From Octopus bimaculoides (Eukaryota), in NCBI RefSeq assembly GCF_001194135.2, contig NC_069001.1, forward strand, positions 36,723,064 to 36,787,063: a DNA stretch of 64,000 nt. The letters are read 5' to 3'. The position numbers and the translations under genes were made by a program. Every line of letters starts with the position of its first letter. Position 1 is the first letter of the stretch. The notes below the pieces were generated by a model. That model was not told the origin of the DNA, made no database searches, and saw only the letters and a list, made by a program, of their open reading frames with translations. Below are positions 59,009 through 64,000 of this stretch, piece by piece.

Positions 59009-61842
59009 TAACAGCAGTGTATATATTGGGTTAACAAATCCTTAGAATAAAAATATGTCAACGATTGCCTATGGACTCCAACTTTTCTATCTAAAGGATG
59101 TTTAGCCCAATATTTATATGCTATTATTTATTAAAAATAAATTATTTCGCGTTCTCTTGAAGTTTCAAAAAATTTATGCCATAGACAATATATCTGTGTG
59201 TGTGTATGTATGTATATATATATATATATACATACACACACACGCACATACACAAAGCATGTGTATGTGCATGTCGTTTACAAGTGCCTTTAAGACAGGA
59301 AAAAATTGGTGCAGGATCTCATTTGGTATTCAGACATGGTTGTCTGGTATACAACAGATATAGGGTTCAATTCCTATGAAAGGATTTGCCCCGTCACTTT
59401 TTTCTGTTTTAGGAATGCTTGTTAATATCATGCACACACACATATATATATATATATAGTATTTTTTAAATCTCCACTGTTTACATTATAGTCAATACAT
59501 GTGCATGTATGTATAAAAAGATGAATTATATACATTGTGAGTGAGTGTGTGTATATATATATTAATCTATATATGCACACACATGTATATCCATGTATAT
59601 AATTTATAATTTATCTTTGAAAAATGTTTACTGTTTACATGATAGTGTGTCTGCATGTGCATATGCACACACACACACGCACACACATTTATATATACAC
59701 ACCCATGCAAGTGTATACTTACATATATGCATTTCAATAAATTTTCACATCATTTACAGGTAACCATTTAATTCATTCTGGAAATTTCAGTTTTTCTTTT
59801 CTCTAGTTATTAAAACTATATTTGATGTTTATCATAAAATGTCAAATATAACATATATACACATCTCTACATAGCACATCTAATTTCTATTGTTACTCCA
59901 GCACTAATGTATGCATCTGTGGCTGTACATATATATATATATATATATATGGCACATGAAAGACTACCAGGTGTAAACCATTCGGATGGTGCTCTTAGCG
60001 CTCCACTGGCAAGGGTGCCAGTCATCGAATTTGATTCGATTTCGATTTCACTTGCCTCAACAGGTCTTCGCAAGCAGAGTTTAGTGTCCAATGAAGGAAA
60101 GGTACGAATAAGTTGGCTGGCTACACTTGTGGCAGAAACCTCGGATTATGGTCTCACTTGGCTTACCAAATCCAAATTGTTTCCCTCAATTCAACTCACC
60201 AGAGGATTTTTGGTGTGGCAGAGGGATAAAATAGTAAACATGATGAGAATTAAAATTTACAACAGCTGTTTTGGTTGAATTTTATTTAATGTAGTTGTAA
60301 AAGATTATATCGTAACATACGATTCACCATCATCAGATAAAATCTTAAATGGGTAAGATTTTAAGCAATCTACTTTAGACATAGCCATCATGTGTTGGTT
60401 ATGCATTATGTCTAATGTGCTAACGATTCTGCCAGCTCGTAATAATATCAACAATAATAATATCACCATCGTCTGGTTGAGCTTACTTGGACATTTTTAA
60501 TCTGCACACGCCATCCATGTCAGTTGAGGGAGGTCTTTGGGGAGGCATCCAGTGAGTTGATCTACATCCAGTGTGCTTGAATGACCTGCTTGAATACAGC
60601 CATGTACAGTCATGTTTCAACATCTATAATATAAGATATATATATATATATGATATGGATATTAGCATCAAATCTCTCTCTTAAATGTAAAAATTTTAAA
60701 CTTTGGATATATATATATATATATATGATATGGATATTAGCATCAAATCTCTCTCTTAAATGTAAAAATTTTAGACTTTGGATATATATATATATATATA
60801 TANNNNNNNNNNNNNNNNNNNNNNNNNNNNNNNNNNNNNNNNNNNNNNNNNNNNNNNNNNNNNNNNNNNNNNNNNNNNNNNNNNNNNNNNNNNNNNNNNN
60901 NNNNNNNNNNNNNNNNNNNNNNNNNNNNNNNNNNNNNNNNNNNNNNNNNNNNNNNNNNNNNNNNNNNNNNNNNNNNNNNNNNNNNNNNNNNNNNNNNNNN
61001 NNNNNNNNNNNNNNNNNNNNNNNNNNNNNNNNNNNNNNNNNNNNNNNNNNNNNNNNNNNNNNNNNNNNNNNNNNNNNNNNNNNNNNNNNNNNNNNNNNNN
61101 NNNNNNNNNNNNNNNNNNNNNNNNNNNNNNNNNNNNNNNNNNNNNNNNNNNNNNNNNGATATGGATATTAGCATCAAATCTCTCTCTTAAATGTAAAAAT
61201 TTTAGACTTTGGATATATATATATATATGATATGATATGGATATTAGCATCAAATCTCTCTCTTAAATGTAAAAATTTTAGACTTTGGATATATATATAT
61301 ATATATATATAATGATGGTAATAATAATAGTAATTCTTTCTACTAAAGCACAAGGTCTGAAATTTATGTTCTAAGTTCAAATTCCACCAAGGTTGACTTT
61401 GTCTTTCATTGCTTTTGTGGGGGACAATAACACAAGTGCCAGTTAAGCAATCGGATCAATGAAATTGATTTACCCACTTCCTCTGAAATTGCTGGCCTTG
61501 TGCCAAAATTTAAAAGCAATATTATAAACATCCTGTCATATTTTTTACATGTCCATATTTCTATTTCTGAAGATAAAGAAATAAAATTAAATTTTGAAAA
61601 AAATTTATCAATCCAAAGCTGTTAAATTAAAATTATTCCATTTTAGAGCTTTGTTTTTTGAACTTTTATTCAATTTTTTTTTTTTTCAGACAAACAAATT
61701 GACAAAGTTTCAAGAAACGACAAGTCCAACATCGTCAAAGATTCCCACCATTTTAAACAATGAAAATGACACATCAAACCAGGATAATTATAGTAACAAT
61801 GCCCCAGAATATTCCAACTGCAGTGTCGAATCGATGTTATGA
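2864..61842 (+). CDS. NAV2: Neuron navigator (NAV2/unc-53/sickie family) gene, 3' portion, 12 visible coding exons; 5' part lies upstream of the window
   Basis: The spliced translation carries NAV hallmark blocks in the correct order: [109 protein letters not shown]. All located junctions are GT-AG with matching phases, except the 26681/30154 junction and the missing acceptor at 2864. Confidence 0.96.
3380..3650 (-). mobile_element. RTE-clade LINE 3' fragment
   Basis: [12 protein letters not shown]...[29 protein letters not shown]...MEDRDGW is a typical RTE ORF C-terminus. Confidence 0.8.
3827..3983 (+). CDS. NAV2: NAV exon B
   Basis: Acceptor cttcag|; [13 protein letters not shown]...SDHGSL; donor G|gtaagt at 3984; phase 0 to 1. 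Confidence 0.93.
5690..5865 (+). mobile_element. SINE family S1 (tRNA-like head, (ATT)n tail)
   Basis: A-box-like TGGCAGAATTGTTAG, B-box-like GAGTTCAAATTC, and central GAGGTCGACTTCGCTTTTCATCC. About 30 copies or fragments occur across the window. Confidence 0.8.
5880..6245 (+). mobile_element. Probable RTE-type LINE 3' remnant with a C2H2-like finger (6117-6179)
   Basis: KRHVRIH...[21 protein letters not shown] followed by a stop; no TGEKP linker and no splice context. Confidence 0.5.
6930..7130 (-). mobile_element. SINE S1, minus strand
   Basis: Reverse complement of S1 motifs (GGCACAAGGCC...ACTGGTAC). Confidence 0.65.
7193..7795 (+). mobile_element. SINE family S2 (tRNA-derived, OK-like) with internal microsatellite; spans a gap
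   Basis: Head AGGAGTGGCTGTGTGGTAAGTAGC, B-box-like GGGCTCAGTCCC, CACCTTGGGTAAGTG, internal (AT)/(GAT)n, tail AAAAGAATAAAAGAAT. Other copies: 17273-17432(-), 27765-28029(-), 30890-31040(-), 33667-34025(+), 39195-39335(+), 46233-46626(+), 54200-54355(-). Confidence 0.85.
8862..9189 (-). mobile_element. SINE family S3 ((GAT)n tail, GGAAGGGCATCCAGCTGTAGAAAC core, internal ~65-bp minisatellite)
   Basis: CATCATTTAACATCCGTTTTCCAT...GGATGCCCTTCCTAACGCCAACCACTC. Other copies: 14495-14735(-), 26975-27231(-), 38908-39093(+), 39640-39870(+), 43145-43300(-), 44090-44290(+), 59945-60170(-). Confidence 0.8.
11215..11830 (+). mobile_element. Three head-to-tail S1 SINEs
   Basis: GAGTTCAAATT...CTTTGCCTTTCATCC...GGCCTTGTGCC blocks repeated, separated by (ATT)n. 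Confidence 0.85.
13085..13375 (+). mobile_element. SINE family S4 (tRNA head, CORE-like TTGAGCAA(G/A)ACACTT segment)
   Basis: TGGCTTAGTGGTTAGGGTGTC...GGGTTTGATTCCC...GTGTTCTTGAGCAAAAGCACTTT. Related copies: 10975-11205(-), 33188-33530(+), 33560-33655(-), 40537-40800(+), 44785-45040(-). Confidence 0.75.
15820..16510 (-). mobile_element. Cluster of 3-4 S1 SINEs on the minus strand
   Basis: Repeated GGCACAAGGCC / GGATGAAAGGCAAAGTCAACCT / GGAATTTGAAC motifs separated by (AAT)/(GAT)n. Confidence 0.8.
23700..23966 (+). mobile_element. S1 SINE with (ATT)n tail directly upstream of exon C
   Basis: Full S1 motif set; the tail ends 28 nt before the exon. Confidence 0.8.
23995..24092 (+). CDS. NAV2: NAV exon C
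   Basis: Acceptor ctactttcag|; (D)[32 protein letters not shown]; donor |gtcagt; phase 1 to 0, compatible with exons B and D. Confidence 0.85.
24128..25180 (+). repeat. Degenerate ~310-bp tandem array of piggyBac-like MITE plus spacer, about 3.5 units
   Basis: TTAACCCTTT starts near 24128, 24465, 24776 and 25101; spacer ACAGAATGGCAAACATT...TGGTTCCCTGCC recurs near 24405, 24717 and 25042. Confidence 0.8.
26318..26555 (+). mobile_element. S1 SINE upstream of exon D
   Basis: Full S1 motif set flanked by (ATT)n at both ends. Confidence 0.85.
26592..26681 (+). CDS. NAV2: NAV exon D
   Basis: Acceptor aattgcag|; [30 protein letters not shown]; donor |gtaagg; phase 0 to 0. Confidence 0.94.
30154..30228 (+). 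CDS. NAV2: NAV exon E
   Basis: Acceptor ttttctgtttcag|; (D)[24 protein letters not shown](G); donor |gtaaac; phase 1 to 1. Confidence 0.92.
31117..31288 (+). CDS. NAV2: NAV exon F, AAA+ Walker A (GPSGTGKT at 31227-31250)
   Basis: Acceptor ttttactttcag|; [13 protein letters not shown]...[28 protein letters not shown]; donor |gtaaga; phase 1 to 2. Confidence 0.97.
31314..31752. mobile_element. Tc1/mariner-type MITE, ~440 bp
   Basis: TA|CAGGGGTGGGCAAAAGCAGGTAAACAGTT ... AACTGCATATCTACTTTTGTCCACCCCTG|TA; 29-bp TIRs with 24/29 matches and TA on both flanks. Confidence 0.8.
32163..32378 (+). CDS. NAV2: NAV exon G, AAA+ Walker B region
   Basis: Acceptor tttttcttttag|; [27 protein letters not shown]...[27 protein letters not shown]; donor |gtgagt; phase 2 to 2. 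Confidence 0.97.
33063..33134 (+). CDS. NAV2: NAV exon H
   Basis: Acceptor tttctttgcag|; (C)[23 protein letters not shown](R); donor |gtgagt; phase 2 to 2. Not in the ORF track; translated by hand. Confidence 0.96.
34161..34357 (+). CDS. NAV2: NAV exon I
   Basis: Acceptor cattgcag|; [23 protein letters not shown]...HSSSDVTI(G); donor |gtaaga; phase 2 to 1. Confidence 0.97.
34659..34777 (+). CDS. NAV2: NAV exon J
   Basis: Acceptor tattgtag|; [39 protein letters not shown]; donor |gtaatt; phase 1 to 0. Translated by hand. Confidence 0.96.
35515..35680 (-). mobile_element. S1 SINE, minus strand
   Basis: GGCACAATGCCTGAAATTT...ACTGGTACTTATTTTATTGACC...GGAATTTGAACTCAG. Confidence 0.75.
36990..37710 (+). 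mobile_element. Three head-to-tail S1 SINEs
   Basis: Heads near 36990, 37232 and 37500, joined by (ATT)/(ACT)n. Confidence 0.85.
39367..39619. mobile_element. hAT (Charlie-like) MITE
   Basis: CAGTGTTTTTCAA ... TTAAGAACCACTG termini; no intact 8-bp TSD. A partial copy of the 5' end lies near 3667-3705. Confidence 0.6.
40885..41220. repeat. Degenerate ~21-23-bp minisatellite with GTGTTTAGGG core
   Basis: TTTAGGGCACATTTTTGGTG repeated exactly twice, then decayed units; resumes at about 42065-42105. Confidence 0.65.
41225..42060 (+). mobile_element. Cluster of 4-5 head-to-tail S1 SINEs
   Basis: Repeated S1 B-box, central and tail motifs. Confidence 0.85.
42752..42950 (+). mobile_element. R4/Dong-like (RLE-type) non-LTR 3' remnant
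   Basis: Frameshifted [12 protein letters not shown]...[14 protein letters not shown]...AQIPGNP...[15 protein letters not shown] matches the RLE-clade tail (VIGALG...IPG.P...QK..L..TAHILR); preceded by (TAA)n. Confidence 0.6.
44785..45040 (-). mobile_element. Young-looking S4-type SINE with apparent 13-bp TSD
   Basis: AATGATCACTGTA at 44772-44784 and 45041-45053; intact A/B boxes (TGGCTTAGTGG, GGTTTCGATTCC) on the minus strand. Confidence 0.85.
47900..48350 (+). mobile_element. Two head-to-tail S1 SINEs upstream of exon K
   Basis: S1 motif sets near 47900 and 48160. Confidence 0.85.
48456..48665 (+). CDS. NAV2: NAV exon K
   Basis: Long pyrimidine tract then tttag|; [21 protein letters not shown]...LRPEDVGYD...GIESDAL; donor |gttggt (an alternative gtatat lies 4 nt later); phase 0 to 0. 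Confidence 0.93.
48680..48905. repeat. (CTAT/CTGT)n compound microsatellite; similar tract at 51805-52100
   Basis: Visible directly in the sequence. Confidence 0.9.
49375..49680 (-). repeat. Dispersed inverted copy of the MITE-spacer unit of the 24128-25180 array
   Basis: GTTGGTATCAAAAGGGTTAA...AGGGAACCAGAAGGTCTGGTTCGAATGTTTGCCATTCTGTAAAAGGCAGAG is the reverse complement of the junction plus spacer. Confidence 0.75.
52651..52761. repeat. Perfect palindrome (55-bp arms, 1-nt centre at 52706) abutting an N-gap
   Basis: Arms are reverse complements where compared, around the centre TCAAA-T-TTTGA and out to both ends. Confidence 0.95.
53674..54170 (+). mobile_element. Decayed Penelope-like element, GIY-YIG endonuclease region
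   Basis: Across frameshifts and stops: ESHN...[28 protein letters not shown] / [13 protein letters not shown] / [13 protein letters not shown] / RCCKFCLV / [15 protein letters not shown]. Colinear with the Penelope linker-Cys plus GIY-YIG consensus. Confidence 0.75.
54432..54549 (-). pseudogene. Full-length degenerate 5S rRNA copy
   Basis: The minus strand reads GGTTACAGTCATATCACGTTAAAAACATGGGTTCTCGTCTGATCACTAAAGTTAAGCAACGTTGAACCTAGTTAGAACTTAGATGTGTGATCACTAGGGAAATGTAGGAGCTGGAAGC (118 nt). It is colinear with the metazoan 5S consensus, including box A (AAGTTAAGCA) and box C-like segments. Confidence 0.88.
56962..57110. mobile_element. Degenerate hAT/Tip100-like MITE
   Basis: CAGGTGCAGTCCCAGGAATTTT ... 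CAGTCCACCCCTG resemble CAGGGGCGGATCC-type termini; no TSD seen. Confidence 0.35.
60652..61310. repeat. ~75-bp tandem repeat with embedded (AT)n, spanning a gap
   Basis: GATATGGATATTAGCATCAAATCTCTCTCTTAAATGTAAAAATTTTAGACTTTG at 60652, 60727, 61158 and 61234. Confidence 0.95.
61690..61842 (+). CDS. NAV2: Probable NAV terminal exon L
   Basis: Poly-T tract then cag|, phase 0; [14 protein letters not shown]...SNCSVESML*. Start and end resemble the remembered vertebrate NAV tail (MNMLMRLQEA...SSLESTL*); the middle is divergent. Confidence 0.75.
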   Translation, partial: TNKLTKFQETTSPTSSKIPTILNNENDTSNQDNYSNNAPEYSNCSVESML

Positions 61843-61859
61843 ATACTTTGACCATGAAA

Positions 61860-61895
<36 letters not shown>

Positions 61896-62683
61896 GCACA
61901 CACATACATATATACATACGTATATATATGTGTATATGTATATACATATATGTATATACATATGTATATATATGTATATACATATATATTCTCATTCGTT
62001 CTTAAAAAATATGCAATGCCAGAGCTTTAAATCAAACTGAGTGGTATTTAAAAAAAAAAGCCAAACAAAATAATTTAAACTTAAATTAAAAAACAATTAA
62101 TTAATTAGTTAATTAAAAGACAAACGATACAATGAAAGAGAATTCATTGTTGATGTCCTACTTTGGCATGCATATATAATACACAAACTTTATGTTGGAT
62201 CATTGAAACTTGTTCATTTTTGCTTCTTCCATTGTTGAAAAACACGTCTAAAACTCAAGAAGCGTCTATGAGGAATAATGATATGAATAATAATAATAAT
62301 AATAACAATTATAAAACCACAATGATGATGGTCGGTGTATAATATTCACTGCAGTAGAAGTCTCTATTACTGAACTTTGAGACTTTTCTCTGTAGAATGT
62401 AATGGAATGGCCAACTGTTTTCTTTGAAATGAACTTTCTCATTTCTTTTGCTTATACTCTCTCTCTCTCTCTCTTTCTCTTTTTATTGCTCTACTTTTAT
62501 ATATGTGGAGGTGAGGAAAGAAAAAGCTCAGATTTCAGTGACATCATCGTATTATATTTAAAAAAAAAAAATAAAGATGAAGATATTTTGGTCTCAGACA
62601 ACCAACAGACGAACAGACAGACATTTTTGGTCATATTATTTATTAACCACTGCTGTGAATTTCCCACTCATACGATGTTGTAT

Positions 62684-62877
62684 AATAAAGAGCAACAAAT
62701 GCTGACCCCCCAGTCCACCCACGACCACCATTAACCAACACCATCACTATCATATTTAATTACAGTGAACAGAAATACAAGTCTAACTTTCAACATTTCC
62801 TGAGAGTCTGCACAGCCAGGAACAAAAAAACAAAAATATTTTCATCTCGTTCAAGTGATAAAATTCAAAACAATAAA
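62684..62877 (+). promoter_or_regulatory. Candidate polyadenylation signals (AATAAA at 62684-62689 and 62872-62877)
   Basis: Hexamers 0.85-1.0 kb after the stop codon. The sequence is AT-rich, so chance occurrence is likely. Confidence 0.25.
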
Positions 62878-63120
62878 GTCAAATAATTTTTCAGAAGAAG
62901 CAAAAAGCAAATTGCAGTTTGTTGTTGAAGCTCAGATAAATGGTGGATCAGCTAACAGGTGAGACAGGTGAAGCTCAATTGATCAAACAAATTCAGACAA
63001 ACAGAGAGAGAGAGAGATGATCACAAAACTCAACAGGATTCTATTAACAGATGAGCATAAATGATGATTGATGATTTCTGGTTTTTGGTTTGTTTTTTCT
63101 TTAAAGTTCAATGGAATCTA

Positions 63121-63770
63121 AACCATCGGGTGCGGATTGTGAAGCTCAAGTGATATTTAAGCCATGTGAGGAAGGATCACACAAGCTCAGTGGATTATAA
63201 ACCATCTGGGGAAAAGAAAGATAATGGAAGCTCAAGTGATATCTAATCATTTGATGCAGATTTGTGCAGCTCAATTGAATCTAAATCATCTTAGGAAGGA
63301 TATGGAAGCTCAAGTGATATCTAATCATTTGATGCAGATTTGTGCAGCTCAATTGAATCTAAATCATCGTAGGAAGGATATGGAAGCTCAAGTGATATTT
63401 AACCATCTGGTGTGGATCATGCAAGCTCAGTTGAATCTAACAACCAACTGGGGAAGATCGAAGCTCAAGTGATATTTAACTATCTGGTGCTGATCATGCA
63501 GCTCAGTTCAGACTCAACATTCTCGTGCTGACCATGCCAGCTCAGTGGAATATAAATCATCTGGTGAAGATTAGGAAGCTCAAGTGATATTTAATTATCT
63601 GGTGCAGATCATGTAACTCAGTTCAACGTAAACCTTCTGGGGGAAGATCTTGGAAACTCAAGTGATATTAAAACCGTCTGGTGGGGGCTCGTTCAGCCCA
63701 GGTGATATTTAACTAATCAAACCAAATCAACAGGTGATGATTGTGAAGCTCAATGGTACTTAACCAGCCA
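63121..63770. repeat. Higher-order minisatellite: ~39-bp A/B monomers forming a 78-bp dimer
   Basis: GAAGCTCAAGTGATAT starts at 63141, 63227, 63305, 63383, 63460, 63575 and (variant) 63653, alternating with AGCTCA(G/A)TTGAA monomers. Confidence 0.92.
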
Positions 63771-64000
63771 AACCCTAAAGGTGATAATCATGCAGTTTTA
63801 TAATTAGTGATGATGTAATTGCTAGTTAATTAACTGCAGCTTCTTAAAAACACAAAAAAAACACATTAATTATTAAATGAGGCTTTGACTTCTCCATCCA
63901 CTTTTTTTTAATTAAACACTGATTCATTATCTCATTGCTGACAGAAAATATACATATATATACCCACATGTATATATACATACATATATATATATATATA

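Larger units (their letters stand above)
711..61157. other. Ten assembly gaps (N runs)
   Basis: 711-1070, 4729-5403, 7572-7608, 9190-9848, 18560-18836, 25817-25905, 27232-27764, 43724-43954, 52762-53288, 60803-61157; most are flanked by microsatellites or SINEs. Confidence 0.98.

Noticed and set aside
63121-63770. CRISPR-like repeat-spacer reading of the array
   Set aside because: The intervening segments are homologous to each other rather than unique spacers; eukaryotic context and no cas genes.

Overview
Eukaryotic, AT-rich, repeat-dense genomic DNA with ten N-gaps. The SINE families and microsatellite load look like Octopus (inferred from repeat motifs, not verified). The window holds the 3' half of one large + strand gene, the neuron navigator (NAV2/unc-53/sickie) orthologue. 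I could place 12 coding exons from 2864 to 61842: second coiled coil, ubiquitin-like region, AAA+ ATPase (Walker [12 protein letters not shown]-type Walker B IILDNLHH) and C-terminal tail ending SVESML*. Splice phases agree at every junction except one. An exon of about 94 nt (3n+1) is missing between 26681 and 30154, and the first exon has no acceptor; both are probably assembly defects. The introns (up to 20 kb) are packed with at least four tRNA-type SINE families, decayed LINE fragments (CR1-like, RTE-like, Dong/R4-like), a Penelope GIY-YIG remnant, several MITE types (piggyBac-, Tc1/mariner-, hAT-, Helentron-like) and a full-length antisense 5S rRNA pseudogene. I found no clearly new biological system, no CRISPR array and no prokaryotic features. 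Best leads: three cryptic exons that could give alternative NAV C-termini; sense SINE tails just upstream of several splice acceptors; a perfect 111-bp palindrome beside a gap; a MITE-derived ~310-bp tandem array; and a higher-order 39/78-bp minisatellite downstream of the gene. Family assignments come from remembered consensus motifs, not database searches.
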